A stretch of 64,000 nucleotides of DNA, taken from NCBI GenBank assembly GCA_044892525.1, contig CM097885.1, forward strand, positions 50,904,001-50,968,000. The letters are read 5' to 3'. A model generated the notes under the pieces. That model did no database searches and had not been told where the DNA came from. It was given only the letters and a program-made list of their open reading frames with translations. Position numbers and translations under genes: made by a program. This DNA comes from Schmidtea polychroa (Eukaryota). Below are positions 47,861 through 63,561 of the stretch, one piece after another (within the stretch, counting starts at the first letter, position 1; each line of letters opens with the position of its first letter).

Positions 47861-49834
47861 TAAGCACTATGCACATTTTTTGGCCTACATCAGATTCAAT
47901 TTAGAATGGTGTATTACATCACGTTTTACAAAATTCATTAATTGAGGCGTTAATTATGAATGAAGAAGAGACGATGCCTATTTAATTTTACTAAATTCTA
48001 AACAATATTTTCATGAAATTCATTTAAAAAAACCTTCAAAATAAATTTCTATAAAGCGCTTTGCCAAGGGTTTGTGTTAAATAAATAAAAATGTTGATTT
48101 ATTTAATACGAATCTTTGGAAATGAGGTTTTGAAAAATTTACTTTGAAAGTATATTTACTTTGTAAATACATTTTAATATACAACAAGTAGTTTTATTTT
48201 TTATCTTGACAAATTATATTGGAAAATAAGAAAATAAATACTTCATTACAAATATAATAATTAAATTTCATTTACCTAACTACTGACCAACAAAGTTGAT
48301 ACATTGTTAAAATAATATTTAATTTAAAATATCAATTTAAAATAAAATTGTTTTTATTTAACAAAGAATAAACATTAGTTGCACACCATATATGAAATAA
48401 AACCATTTTTCATTTTTAAAATTTTTTTTTCTAATTCTGTGACCTCACAGTTAACTAAATTTTGAATTAAAATAATTAATTAAATTAAATAATAAATTAA
48501 TAAACTTGCTACAAGTGTTTAACTTTAATAATACCCTTAATAATAAATTAAAGTTTAATTTGGTGTATTTTATGGCTTCTAAAACGTTTATTTTAATTAT
48601 GAAAAATAAAATTGGTACCTGTCCTTCTTTAATAGTGAATTTTAGGACATTTTATTAATGAAACCTAAAAAATGTTTATTTTCAAAATGTTATTGGTTGC
48701 AAATGCAGTATTTTTAATGCAATTGTAATATATAATTTATATAATTGTTTTAGTAAATATTATAAATAGAATTAAATCAAAGTAATTGAAAGAAATTAAA
48801 GTAATTATCTGAAATATCAGAATGAAGAAAAGTTATGTCAAATTACAAATGTTTATAACCAGTAAAATACATTGTTTTCTCTAACCCATTGCGGTCCGTA
48901 AAAATAAGTTACCCACCAGGTCCACAATTGTTTTAATAATTTTTTTGTATATAGGATTTGGGTTTTTTAATAAAAGGTATTTTTTGGAATTAAAATTTTA
49001 TTTTATGACAATCATACAATATAAATAATCATTCAAATACATACAACGAAATCTGAAATTAAATGAAGCAAGTTAAACCAATGGTAAGCAAGTACTTTTG
49101 ATGCGGTTTTCGTTGGACACGTTTTCTTAAATAGGTAATATTGATTTACAACTTAAATAAAAAGATAAAAGAAATTCATTAAAATGATTTTAAAATTGAA
49201 AAAAATTTGAATATTTCGGAATATTAACACAATTTATATAATACTTTTCTAAACAAAACCAAGCTTCAAATTTTGAAAACTAATATTTCAACTGATGTCT
49301 AATAATTTTATAGCCATAAACCAAGCAGTATTCAATTTTCTGACCAATGTTCCAAATTTTTATATAATTATTTGTGCTTATTTATTGAAATTACAGGAAA
49401 TTAAGGTTAAATATTAAAACCCTTTAGCAATTACGTAGGTAAATATTAGTCCTTTGCAACATGACCATCCGATACTCCTCATTCATAAATAAAAAAAATT
49501 ACTTGATTAATCCAAATTAAATTTCGATTACGCTATTATGTAATAATTGAAAATTTTATATCAATGTAAAGCACTATCTTGGTCTCAGGTATTTTTTTTT
49601 ACAGGGAATTCGACTCTCGTTAAAAAAGCCCAAAATAAATTTTGGCTAAAATATCCTGTGCTCTCGTGGGCTCTCGTGGTTATATGAATATGACATTATA
49701 TTGACAGGGTATTTTAAGTCTCATGGAGTTTTGTACATTGAATTTGGCTCTCACTTAAAACCCTAAGTATTTCTTTTTATCCCTGGATCTTTATACATGA
49801 ATTTATGGTAATATACTTTGAAGATTCGACGTTT

Positions 49835-50082
49835 TATGAGAAATTAGGGTAAATAAGTAAATTAAAGTAATTTAGAGTAATAATTTAAAATAAGTAATAA
49901 TTTTTAAATTTATAGTAATATATTTTGAAGAATTGATAACTTATGAGAAATTAGGGAAAATAAGTAAATTAAAGTAATTTAGAGTAATAATTTAAAATAA
50001 GTAATAATTTTTAAATTTATAGTAATATATTTTGAAGAATTGATACCTTATGAGAAATTAGGGAAAATAAGTAAATTAGAGT
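49835..50082. repeat. ~107-bp tandem repeat, about 2.3 copies
   Basis: TATGAGAAATTAGGG...GAAGAATTGATA unit is repeated. Confidence 0.85.
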
Positions 50083-52644
50083 AAAAATTCTAAATTAACA
50101 TTAAATATTTTTAAGAAATTAAGTCTTCTGAGAAAATTAAGAAAGTAATGAAAATAATAATTTACAAACATAATATTTAAAGTAAATTTTTGTGAAATAT
50201 TTTTCTAACTTAATTTTTATTGCAAATCTTTGTGAAAATATTGCAAGTGAATAATAATTATAATAATAATTATAACAATAATAATAATACTTCAACCAAC
50301 AACCAGTTACTAACAACTAGCTTTCAACAACCAGGGTCTTATAACTAAGTACTTATAACCAAGTACCAATAACTAGGTACTAACATCCGTTTGCAAACAA
50401 CTAGATACAATCAACCAGGAACCAACAACTAACAACTAACAACCAACAAATAACAATCATTTTAAAGGGAGATTTCTGGAGATTAAATTGGTTGAATATC
50501 CGTTAAGGGTAAAATATGGAATTATGGTCAGATGAATATTAAAGAGAATTTATAATCTTTCAAGTAATCTAGTCAGTTAAAAGTGAATTGTAAAGTAATA
50601 TTAAATCTTTGTCATATTTTAATTTCTAGGAGATTGTAGTTTACATTTAGAACAAATATTTTATTAATTTTTTTTAATTATAAGTGGTTTAATTGAATTT
50701 AAATGAGGTTCAATAGATTTTATAAATTATTATGGTTAATGACTAATTTAATTTACTTGATTTTAAATGTTTTATAAAGAATTATTTCTGATATTTAGAG
50801 CTAATAAGAATTAAGTTAAAGTTAAAAGGGGTAGAATAAAGAGATATAGTCATTTAAAGGGATTTTAATGAATCTTATTGGCTTGATATTTAGAAGGGAA
50901 TATATGAACCTTTACAGGTACTTATCACTAAAGTAGTAATTTTTAAAGATGGAATTATAATATTTTAGAATATTTGATGCTTTTTTTGATTTTTAAAAGA
51001 ATCAAGTATTTGCTTGAATATTATTAACATCTGTATTGTTATTTTAACATTAATTTCCTGTATTTTAATTCAAGAATGTATAATTTTACTAATTATTAGC
51101 TAGTTATATGAAAATTTTACAAACCTTGAGTTAAATTAATAAATTGCATTTTTATTAATTTTTCGCCCAATGAATGTCATTTTCGTAACAATTAACTTCA
51201 AAGATTTATTTTAAAGATCAATGAATTTTAATCAAAAACCAACATAATTCATAACAACTTCTTTTAGTGAGTTTTCTTTCACTAATGTAAGATTAAAAAA
51301 ATATTTAACGATTAGGTCTTAGCACTATAATTGTAAACTTTTCTATTCATTAGATTGCAATTTACTTCAGTGATTATTATTACATATTTTAGACTTAGTA
51401 TAAAATTTTAATATTAACAAATATTTTCAATGATCTATCAAATTTCTTTTAAAGTCAAACAAGTAAATTTATTTAATAATTCACGTAAAAACATACTCAA
51501 ATGTCAACTACTTTATCCATTAGATAACAATTTACTTCAGTGATTAGTACAAAAAATCAATGTTTTTATCTAATCAATAACTAACATTTATATACGTGGT
51601 CATTCATCTTTTTTCACACTGAGTACATACATTATATGTATTTAAAATTTATCAATACTCAGGCAGTAATACCTATTTTGTATTGGCTTTTAAGCATAAT
51701 AATATCTACAATATAAGAAAATTATTAAAATAATTCACACAAGAAAACTGTCAGCAAAATTAAAATTATGTAAACTCACATACAAAAGTTAACATCACTA
51801 TTAACACCTGGCTAATCTAGTCAGGTTATTCATATGATAACGAAGAGAAAAGAAATCATATCAGAAATAATTAGAGAATTCAGAACTGTCATATGCAACC
51901 TTAATATATTATTTGTAAGTATCTAGTTGTTAGTTTTGTGGTTGATTATTTAGTAAAATGTATATTTGATATGTGTATAAATCATAGTCAATGGAAATAT
52001 TCAAAAGAAAAATGTCTGATTTAAATAGGCCATTCTCATCATAAACAGACGGCCAACAATCATTACTAAAGACGAGATTAATTGAATCATCAGTTTGATT
52101 AGTTTTTATTAACGTTGAAAATATTTTCTCTTAAAAAATAATAAAACTAGATCAAATTTTAAGTAAGTAAATTTTTAGAAATCATTAGGAATAAAAATAA
52201 AAATATAAATATTTTGTGATAATATTTATTAAAAGACGTTTCTATGAACTAATTATAGAAGCTTTTAAAAAAAATTTTATTGTTTTGTTTTGAATTTTAG
52301 AGGAAATTTAATTTAAAAAATTTTTTGATTCTTCAAAAAAGTTTTATTTTGATAAAGTTTATTTTTAAAATAAAGGAAATAAAAAAAGATCAAAGTGCAT
52401 AATAATAATAATTGTTAGGGATATTTAAATAATTAATTTATAAATAAAATATACATTGTATTATAAGTATCAAATGCTATTATATAGTAAAAGTATAATA
52501 TGTATAAATGCTGGCACGCATAATTAGCATTATTATTTAATTAATTAATTCGCCATGTAAATAGGGTGTTTTCATAATACCAGATTTAGGCAATAATTTG
52601 TATTTAAATATACATTTGTAGATTATTAAGCGTTTATTATTAAC

Positions 52645-52848
<204 letters not shown>

Positions 52849-53569
52849 CCATACATTAATTTCTTCTGTGCCATGGAGGTTTTTTCTGGAAATATCCATT
52901 AAATTTAATAGATTGAAAATATTCAATATCCTGTTAGAGGTCTTCATCGATATTAGTCAAGGAAATTGATGAAATCATTTGCTGGCAAATACAAATAAAT
53001 CATGCTTGGATTTAATTTCAAGAAATTTTTAAAATTAAAATTTCAGAGAAATTTATTGAGTAAATTTGTTTATTTAATTTATATTGTAACTAGCTGTTAA
53101 ATGTGTTTCCAAGTGTTTAAATGTTTGAGTGATTATTTATTTTTTATTTTTAATGAGCTAGGGAGATTCTGATGATAATCATCAACCTAATCCTAAAAAG
53201 ACAACTAAAACAAATTGGAATGGGAAACATATTCAGATAAAGCATTATCATCTCGTAGACTATATGACATACTATCAACTGCAAACGAATGAAGGACCTC
53301 AACGCTCCGCAGCCATATTATATCGGAAACGATATATCAGCGTTTCTTCAATCCCAAGAATTAGATATCCTACTCCAAAGACAAATACTCGAGAGTAGTA
53401 AAAGATTAATTAAAAGATTAGAGTAAAAGATTAAACTTATAGACATTAGTCTCTGAAATTATTATAAATTTTATTTAAAGATTATTCCATTTGTTTAAAT
53501 CTATTAGATCAAACATTATCGAATTATTCAGACTAGGAATTATAGTAAGTTCATTTACATAAAATTATA

Positions 53570-54619
53570 CAGAGTGACCAGAATAATTTGGATAAGCTGC
53601 TTCGACTCAGTTTTTAATTTAAAGTTTTCAATTTTTTTAGTTTTTTGCTATAATTTCTTTTTTATTAGATTCTCCAACATGTTTTGTTTTTAGATGTGTT
53701 GTGACTTTACTTTGCAATAAAATATTTATTTTTGAAATCACAACTTGCGTCAATTCTGATTCTTCATCGTCAAGGCAAACGACATCCACATATAGTTCGA
53801 TTGCTTGGTGTGTCAAACTAAAGCGAATCAAAGAACTCGGTTATGATAGTAACTGAGTCGACTGATAAAGAAAACTGACAGTGAACACCTTCTAGAACCG
53901 AAAGCTCTTCAATTGTTTGCCAAATGGGAATCGCTCATGAATTGATTCAAATGATTGCCAAAAATAACTCAATCTTCACACATAACAAGGACAAATTCTC
54001 ACTGATGATAACAATCGAATTAGACTTGAAAGATATTGGAATATGCTCAAGCTGGCCGCAACTCTGTGTTGGAGCGGATTCTGTTTTCTGATGAAAATTT
54101 ATCGGTAGAGCAAAGCTACAATAATCAAAACGATTGGATTGGTCAACAATCTTTGCAGGCAACGCATCCATTGTTCAACATCGTCAAAATCCAAAGTCTG
54201 TAATTATATGGCCCGGAATATGCGCAACTGGCAAAACACTCACTGTTTAATCGATTCTCAGGTAAAAATGAACAAAGACATTTATCGAAAAGATATTTTG
54301 AAATATGTGCTACTTTATTGGGCTCAATGGTGTGTGGTCGATTATTGAGTCAAAGGCCCTAGCTAAGCCCCACAAAGGTTTGGAGGCTCTCAAGCACCCA
54401 CTGCACCAGATATAGGATAAATCACAGTAGCGGATTTTGCGCCCCATCGCAAAGAACTTCATCAAACATCTTAACTATGTATTAAGACAAAAGGAGGCAT
54501 TTTGAAAACAAACGTATATTTATATTGTTGCTTAATAAATAGTATAAATATTTTTTTTTATTGAAAGCCTTTTTGAAATTCATTGGAAAAGTTTATTCAA
54601 GTTAGTTTTTATCATTCTG
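53570..54619 (+). mobile_element. Decayed Tc1/mariner transposon (maT/DD37D-like)
   Basis: TA|CAGAGTGA...TCATTCTG|TA termini. Fragments SVIIWPGICATGKT and VKMNKDIYRKDILKYVLLYWAQ, and a GGHFE-like C-terminus. Confidence 0.75.
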
Positions 54620-54631
54620 TATATATTTATA

Positions 54632-54827
54632 CAGGGTTTCCATGATAAAAAAAACTATTTTAAAATAAAAACACTATTTTGTAAAATAATAAAAACTATT
54701 TTATAAATAAAAAACTAGATTGTAAAAACATGGATTATAATATAATTGATATAAAAAAATAAAATTTTTTATTTTATAAAATAGTTTTTTTATTTTACAA
54801 TATAGTTTTTTTTATCATGGAAAACCT
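54632..54827. mobile_element. Small foldback/MITE
   Basis: GGTTTCCATGATAAAAAAAACTAT inverted termini with internal subrepeats. Confidence 0.65.
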
Positions 54828-55675
54828 ATATATCATTATATTTAATAGAATAAAAAAATCACTAAAAAATAATAAAAGTAAATTTACATAATGAAAGGAA
54901 TATATTTTTATAATTTTATATTTAAAACAAATGTTGATAAAAACTTTGTTTAATTATATGAAACAATAATAGTAAAATGAACAATGAAAACTGATCTTTT
55001 AGATGAAAATACAAACAAATTGAATAACAAAAGATTAATGCAATAGAAGGAAAAGTAGTTTAAATTATTTCTATCTCTAATAAATACTTTTTCAACGGAA
55101 ATAACAGTTTATAATATAGTTTTCAGCGACAATTATTTTAAATTTAATGCGGGTTTCCTTGAATTAGATACCACTAAATGCTGTTGAATGATGATTTAAT
55201 TTTTATAACCACTTATCCCTATTTATTTACAGCAAATAACGCACTGATTACTGACAACTGCCGACAATTTATCATTCTTAATTCACAAATATCTCATTAT
55301 TTTCCATTCCAAATTTTATAAATTTGCTTTATCATAAGTTAATAAAGGAAATAGTTATTTACCAGAAACATTCTCACTATAATTATAGTAAAGAATAGTT
55401 ATTACTGTAGTTATTACTATAAATATTATATATTAAAATTAAAAATTGAATTAAATTAATTTTCATTAATTTATTGCTAATTTTAATTGATTTGATTTAA
55501 AAATTCAAAATTAAATAAAACATATTCTATTAAATTTAATAATTTTTACATTTTCCACAATTTAGTAATTCAAATCATGTAAAATAAAACTTATACACAA
55601 TAATAATAATGAATAATCATTGATGAATAATTGTTGTTCAGAGTCGATTATGATGACTAATTTGTGTTATTCTGG

Positions 55676-56334
55676 CAGGCCCCGGAAGTCGGGGGGTGGG
55701 GTCAGGATGGTCTTTTGACATGGGCCTCTTAATTCAACGGGCCCCCAAACAGCACTATTTTGATACTACACCAAACGATCAACGAGTTTATTTTGCACTT
55801 TTACGTATGACGAAAAAAGTTTTCTTAAGATAAAATCTAATTTAACTATAGAAGGCCTTAATTTTGAGGTAATTTTCACTATTCTCCGATTTTCATTTTT
55901 TACTGCACGTGCACAAATAACTGCCAATATGATTTCAAAATCTTAGAGAAAATATTATTACATAATATTAGGCTTTGAGCTATTAAATGAGTTTAAATTA
56001 TTATATAAAAGTTTATTAGTAGCTAAAAGTTTAATTATAATTAAATTATAATGTTAAAAGTTTAAAGTTAAAAGTGTTGTTAGTGTTTTAATATTTTTAA
56101 TAATTGAACTCTATAATTGGATTTTTTTTAAACTATATACATAAAATTGGGAAAACGGGTAATTTTTTTTGTTTAGCTTTGATTATTGATAATAAATAAA
56201 AACAAATAAACTAGGGCGGTAATTAAAACATGAAGACGACCTATGGAAGTGGTCCTAGCAAAAGACAAAACAAAAAATTTAGGGGCCACATACGATGTCA
56301 GACCTGGGCCTCGAAGTGTCTCTAACAGGCTCTG
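55676..56334. mobile_element. hAT non-autonomous element
   Basis: CAG...CTG termini with GGGCCC subterminal motifs. Perfect 8-bp TSD TATTCTGG (55668-55675 and 56335-56342). Confidence 0.82.
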
Positions 56335-56594
56335 TATTCTGGTATAGTATATTATTATGTGCTATGTTTGTAATATGTTTATATGTTACAGACGAATTTG
56401 TAGACCCCAGCAGAGTTTCCTTTAAAAACAGTATTGGGACAGCTGGTGTGGGTGTATGTATATGAATTGCAACAACTTTTATTAATAAAAAACATATAAA
56501 ACGCACTGTTTATTCAGCTATTCACGTGTGACTTGAAGGAGTTCTAATAAAAACACTTGAGAATTTTCAATCTTTAGGAACGTTTGTATTAGAA

Positions 56595-56802
56595 TTTAAT
56601 TGGTGATGGAAATACTCGCTTCCAACTAAAATCAGTGGTCGTCAGGTATTTTGTAAACTTTAAAAGCATGTTTTTCTTCCTTCGAGCAGTTTTTATAAAG
56701 ATTAGATTTGAATTTAATAGGTGTTGAAAATACTCGCTTCCAACTAAAATCAATGATCGTCTGGTATTTTATAAACTTTAAAAGTATGCTTTTCTTCCTT
56801 CG
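56595..56802. repeat. ~118-bp diverged tandem duplication
   Basis: AAATACTCGCTTCCAACTAAAATCA...TTCTTCCTTCG occurs twice. Confidence 0.8.
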
Positions 56803-57032
56803 GATAATTTGGATTATTCTAGTTTTCTAGTATTTTAATATTTTTTTAATCGATTTTTTTGTAAATTTGTAATTTTCTAGTTATAATTCATTATAGTGAA
56901 TTACACTATATAGTTTTTTATTTTGAACGCGAGGATAACAAAATAACAACAGACTACAAATTGTGGTTACAATTTCATATAAAATGATAATAATAAAAAT
57001 AACAATACACTACAATGATTGTTAGAATATTG

Positions 57033-57238
57033 AATTTTATTCACAAGTTGTTTCAAAAGTATATTATTAAAACAATTTTCCAATATAATGTCTGTGGAGA
57101 ATTTAACTAAATATCATTAATATTCCGATCAATGTAATTAGAAAATTTCAACATACCAATAAACATCCGAACATATTAACAATTATATTGGAAAATTGTT
57201 TTAATAATATACTCTTGAAACAACTAGTGAATAAAATT
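57033..57238. repeat. Inverted repeat with ~57-bp arms (foldback/MITE)
   Basis: AATTTTATTCAC...TTTTCCAATATAAT mirrored by ATTATATTGGAAAA...GTGAATAAAATT. Confidence 0.75.
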
Positions 57239-58033
57239 AAATATATTAATTTATATATACATCTTATAATGATAATGAGCTAGATTGTAAATGAGTGAAT
57301 TTATAATTCCTTAGTTTCTTGTAAAAATATACCTGTAGTTGATTTGAAATTATTAGTTTTGGTGTATATGTGTTGGAATTGTCGTGAAAGAATTTGTAAA
57401 AGAATTGTGAGAGAATATTGCATAAGCGGTTGAATAATCTACATTTTAAACTTGTCTTAGAGTTATGTTGTTTGTGCAATAGTAGATTTCAAATACTAGA
57501 AGATTGTATTAAGTTCTTGTTTAACATTTTAAAATTCCTGTGTGTAGATAAAAATATATAGTAACTACCCATCATTTCCATTCTTTCATCAATCCAGCTA
57601 AAGATGTGTATTGGTAGTATCTATAGTATAGATTCTATACAATTCAAGTACTGTATTTCGAGTGGGTTTAGAAAAATAATATGCGAATAAATTTTTTAAC
57701 ATTTAGATTTTTCAGCAAAATGTAAGCAAAACTAATGGTTGTTATATTAAAATTACTGCGATTATTAAATATTACATAAAATATATTTAATTTGTAAAAG
57801 AAGATTAACGTATAATCAGTCTGAAACTAATTGGATTATTATTCCGGGTTTATTTGCTTCAGATCATCAAGAATATAATTTTAATAAAATAAATAAAAAT
57901 AGAAAGATAGAAAAATTCAAGAAAATACAAAGATTTTATGGTAAGGTATTATTTTCAATACACTTTCAATAATTAAATCAAGTCAAGTTTGAGTAAGAAA
58001 AATTTGAAATATACCAAGAATGCATATAATAAT

Positions 58034-58123
<90 letters not shown>

Positions 58124-58499
58124 TAGAAACTGCTAGAACATTTTCTAAATTATTCTTTAACTCAGGTTCAAAAGATGACGTATTTATTTAAAATGAAATA
58201 TTGTATAATTTTCAAACAAATTTTCAGCCTTAAATAAAATATTTTCAAAACAATTTATTAATATTTCGATATTTAAAATATATTTATTTAAAAATTATTT
58301 TAATAGTCCATTATTTATTAAAATTATTTTAATAAATCATTGAAATATTCAATCCTCAGCTGAAAACACCTCATAATAATACTAATAATATTAATAATTA
58401 TTATTATTATTATTAGAAGCTGCTAACACATCTTCTAAATTATTTTTTACATCCGGTTCAAAAGTTAACGTCATAATTACAAGTATTTATTTAATGAAA

Positions 58500-58985
58500 T
58501 ATTGTATTCTAGCCAATCGATGCACCGAAGAAAACGAGAACTTTAAACAGCAATCAAATTTCAATAAAACCCTACACTGAAACGGATATCAAGGACATTG
58601 AAAGAATGAATAAGATCTAGGGAATTAACACAGAAGAAGAAATATTTCTATCTTAATATCCCATTCATCAGTGACATACTCGACTTTAAGAACTTAAACG
58701 CACCAGTCTTCCAATTCGGATAGCACATAAACCTTGAACATTGAGAAAAGCTCGCGCAACAACACAAATAAAGAAAGCTTTGCACAATTGAAAACTGCCA
58801 GACACCGAAAGATATGTGCTTTAGAAAAAACATCATCTATTGCATCACGTACAATGTATGCAAGACCTTGCACCAATTCCAGGAGATATAGTCGAATATT
58901 TTTTCATTAAATACATTATTCGCAGCAAAGGCTTAAATTATCACTTTATTGTTTTAAATAATAAATGCTGCTACCAAGAAATCAT
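58500..58985 (+). mobile_element. Penelope-like element fragment (second subfamily)
   Basis: YLNIPFISD and CFRKNIIYCITYNVCK resemble the linker/GIY-YIG start. The 3' end matches 41890-41990. Confidence 0.6.
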
Positions 58986-58988
58986 CAC

Positions 58989-59108
<120 letters not shown>

Positions 59109-59328
59109 TTTGATCATAAAAAATTATTTCTAAAAGTGATTTTGCTAAGACTTAAATTTAAAAATAATTATGAGACATTGTAAATATAAATTTTTAGAAT
59201 GAATTATATGCGAGTGACATTATTACGAAAGAGGTGTTGCATATAAAAAATTTAATTTAAAAGTTATTTTAGTACGACTAAGTTGTGCTTCATCAATAGA
59301 TATATGCTTTATAATTAACTTTATATAT

Positions 59329-61011
59329 TGTTGGGGTAATATACAAAGGCAGAAAATAAAACAGAAACATCAATAATTACACCCAAATAATAAAAGTGCA
59401 AAAATTAATTAAAAATTTATAAAATTTGAAAATTGATGTTGTTTCGGGGGAAATGGTTATGGTCAAACACCAAATAATGAGACAAGTCCAAAATTAATAA
59501 TTAAAATTTAGTGAGGAGTCAAGTTTCAACGAAATAACAAACTAATGAAATTAATTATTCAGCTAATGAGAACCCGGAGTCAATTGGACATTTGAGCATT
59601 GTGAGAAACCCGGAAGTATATAGAACCAAACTGTCTTATTAAAATTATTAAATTATTTAACTGATTTTTAGATAAATAATCAAAGGCGAAGTCGAACAAT
59701 CGGCTTGTTGTGGAAGCAATTAAACCTGAATTTCGGGAATCATTGCTGAACTATAATTCAAATGTTTTCGGAGAGATATTATAAAAAGACAGCTGCAGAA
59801 AAGACAATCACAAGTTAATCGAAGAGAAAAAGAATTCAAAGAATTATGTGAAGCGAATTAAAAACGAATCAAGCAGAGGTCAATGAAACGAAAGAAACAA
59901 ACTTTGAGTGTAAACCTTAACTCAACTTAACGTACCACAAAAGGCGATCGATCACCCATTTTCTCGTTAATTACACCAAACACCACTGAGATACATTCTC
60001 TATAGTGGTGGTTGGCGTGTAGAACAATTTCTCTCACCAATTTACTGTGAATCGTCTTCATCAATTTACATTCATTTACTGAATTGCTTACAATAATGAA
60101 TTTTTTTTGGAAATTTATTTTAGCCATTTTAGAAATGGCTTTCAGGTAAGATATTTAATTTAAAGTAAAGTTTAAGTCTTGAATTTTGATCCATATAGAT
60201 ATGAGATCATTATTCAAGTTCTTAAATTTTACTTTTAGTCAACATTATAATTATAAATTATTTTTAATTAATTTTCAGGGATTTTTGATATTTTATGACA
60301 AGTATTTTGGAATATTTTCGAAAAAATGTGAGTTAGATATGTTTTTAATTATAATTAAATAAATGAATTACTAAAAATATGTACTTTTCTAAATCATTTT
60401 GGGAAAAATCCCCGAATAATAAAAATAAAATAATTTTTGTAATTTTTTTTCTGAGCTCAATATGAGGAGCTTCTTTCAGGATAGTAAATATGGATTGAAA
60501 AGACATTGAACAAAATTCATCTGCTCTTGAAATTTCATTAAAAATATATTTTTAAAAATTTTCAGCGATCTTTTTTTATCCAAAAATTGTCTAAAATAGA
60601 ATTATTATAGAAATGTATCTCAGCGGTGCATTTCGATGAATCAAAAGTTTGTATGTGTTTTTTAGTATGTGTTGTGTTTGTGTGCAGTTTTTAATTTTTC
60701 TTCCACTTTTCAGATTTCTATAGTATATGATGTATCTGACTGCACTCTAAATGAGAACATCAACGTGAAATCAGAGTAAGTATGTATGTTTCTATAATGT
60801 AAGATTATTGATTTTTTTGTTATATTATAGGAAATGCATCTCAGTGGCGTTTGGTGTAAATTAATTCTCAAAGAAAAGTACACATATTGTGACAAGTTGT
60901 AAATTGCATTGAGAATCAATTCATTTATTTTCTTTGGGACTTAGTTATTTGATTTATGAAAGACACACAAGGAGTCAAAATTTAACCGACTTATTGACTA
61001 GTAACCCAAGA
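59329..61011 (+). mobile_element. Solo LTR with ATAT TSD, interrupted by a MITE
   Basis: ATAT|TGTTGGGG...AACCCAAGA|ATAT. The 3' end resembles the large element's LTR end (GACACACAAGGAGTCA...CCGACTT). Confidence 0.75.
59974..60856. mobile_element. Non-autonomous TIR element (Tc1/mariner-like MITE), copy 2, nested in the solo LTR
   Basis: TA|CACCAAACACCACTGAGATACATT...AATGCATCTCAGTGGCGTTTGGTG|TA. Confidence 0.85.
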
Positions 61012-62819
61012 ATATTATTCGATTGATATAATAATCTTTTATTTATATTTGTTATTATTTTTTTTATTATAATTTGTTTATAAACTGTTGATTATAATTT
61101 ATTTGATCTGTTAATCTTATCAAAAATTCTAAATACTTCAACAAAGTTTCAAATCCTCTGTGTCAATAAAATATTATAAATATGCGGAAACTTCCGAAAA
61201 TAAATTTATATATAAATTATTCTACATGATTAATTTACACGTAGAACATCGAAAATAAATTCACCGCGTGATTCCTTTTAATTAATCTTACCAAAAATGT
61301 GAAGAATTTAATACTTATGTTCTACACAGTGACGGTAAATCTATTTTATTTACAATTTTAATGTTTTTGTGATTAATTTTCAATACTAATGCACATATTT
61401 CAAGAATTAATTAATAAACTGATATTTTTCATTTAATACTCATGAGAAATTTTGGAATAAAATCATCAGAAATCATCTTTTTCTGTGCATCTGATCAATT
61501 TATTTTTCAAATTCACAAAAAATCATACAAAAAAGCGTTTCATGCAAAATAGTTTCAAAATAAAGGTCTGCTAACTGCAAATTTGCCATAAAATTGAAGC
61601 TAACATGAAACATACAACATAATCATGGCCAGTAATCATGATCTTTAGTAAATAGAATTAATCAAACGTTTGATTGTTAAAATTTAACTTTTTTTACTTA
61701 TTTATAGATAATTATGTAATAATATCCTTTCTATTTTATAAGTAATATATTGCAATATAAGTTTATATCAATTTCGGTAGGAATTTAAAACTTTTGCTTT
61801 GGCGCCGATTTTCATGCTGCGCACCTTTTGGTGGCGCAGTTTATGTTATTGAACAAAAGTTGTGTTTATAATTAATTATAATTGTAATTACAAATAAATG
61901 TTTTTGATGAGTATACGTTAAATTTTCTAATAATATTTTTGATATATGTCTAATAACAATCAAATACGTCCTAACGTTGGTATGCACCACCAGATAAGAC
62001 AGGCTAGTGCGAGGAACCGGCATGAACGTGTTAATAACAATCTGTTTCTATGTGTCTTTATTCAAAACAAGAAGATCCAGCACAATTAAGCTTCATTTTC
62101 CAAATATTAGCTTTTTACAATTCAAATTCACATTTTAAATTTAACAACCAACAAAATAGTTTAAAGATTTCTTTCACTTAAAAAACAAACATTTTACAAA
62201 TTGCAATGCTCGTGGGCCCCTTAGTTTTTTTAAAAATTTACATATATTTTTATATTAATTTTTTTATTAATATTAACAATATAAATAATATTTTATTATA
62301 TTGCAAAACATAAAAAGATTGGGGAAAAATACATGTTTGTACTAAAATTATCAAACAAACAATCAGTCAATCATTCATTACATGCAATATTTAAGGTTCT
62401 TAAAACATGGGATTTATCGCTCCTAACTAGTATCCCTTGCTTGGAACTTTGGCATTTCCTGAAATCTCCGAATATTCGTCATAGTTGTTTGACTAGTTGC
62501 CATATACTACAGCAAAATGATCTCCCCCACTGATTGTTCTGCCTATTAGAATAGTATAGTATCGGATAAAACTGTATAGATATAGTATCGATTGTTATTT
62601 CCATTGAATATATTAGAATTTCTTTCAAATCTCCTTTCAAAGTAATTCTGCTTATGAAAACACCTAAAACTTCAATGACTTTGAATACCATAGCACAAAA
62701 ATCGAATATTTATGCATTCACAAAGCATATAGCCAATGTTTTATTAATATTTAAATGTTATTATTATCAATATATATTTTGGAATCTGGTTCAAACTTTT
62801 TTCTGTATTTAATTTATTA

Positions 62820-63561
62820 ACTGAACTTACTTTTTCCTTCGTAAAGGTGGATGATCACGTGGTTTTTAAAATTCGTTTTTCCTATCAATCTGACTTTTAT
62901 TTCAAAAGTATCCATTTTTTATCGCCCATCTTTTAAAACTGAAGCATAAGAGCTATTTCCAACAGGTACTATTTGTATCTTTGAATCATCTCTATCCATT
63001 TATTGAAATATATATTTTTATATATTTATTTGTCATTGGACCTTTCTCTTCTGATTCGTCGTCATATTTCGATTATTCCTTCGTTAACTTTCCTTGGGTA
63101 ATTTCATAACTTTTATTTCATGCTTTCTTCTTCATTATCAAGCCAATGGTTAAAAACATTATGTTAATTTTGACATCGTTAATTTGTACATAAAATTCAT
63201 CTAGAAACTTTTCTCTTTTCCGGTAATTAAGTAGGTTCCTTGACTATATCTTGATTTTCTACAAAATCCAATCGTAACCTCTTCATTTAGCTTTCTTCAT
63301 TAGTAATTTTGTCATATTTGTTACGGCAATTTTCATCAAAATACGCAAGAACAATTAAATTTCATTGAATGTTGTCCAATTGAACTATTGAGAAATACAA
63401 TTAAATCTTCTCCATAAAGTTTCCATGTTAATAAGATTAAGAAACAATACATAAAAAGATCTAATCATGAAAAATAAACATGATATATTTTATTATATTA
63501 ACCCAGACAATCAAGATAATCACTAAAACATGCAGGTATGCACATTAATTATAAGGGTTAA
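62820..63561 (-). mobile_element. Possible piggyBac left-end remnant
   Basis: TTAA|CCCTT terminus at 63561, followed by decayed acidic coding-like sequence. No catalytic motifs seen. Confidence 0.3.
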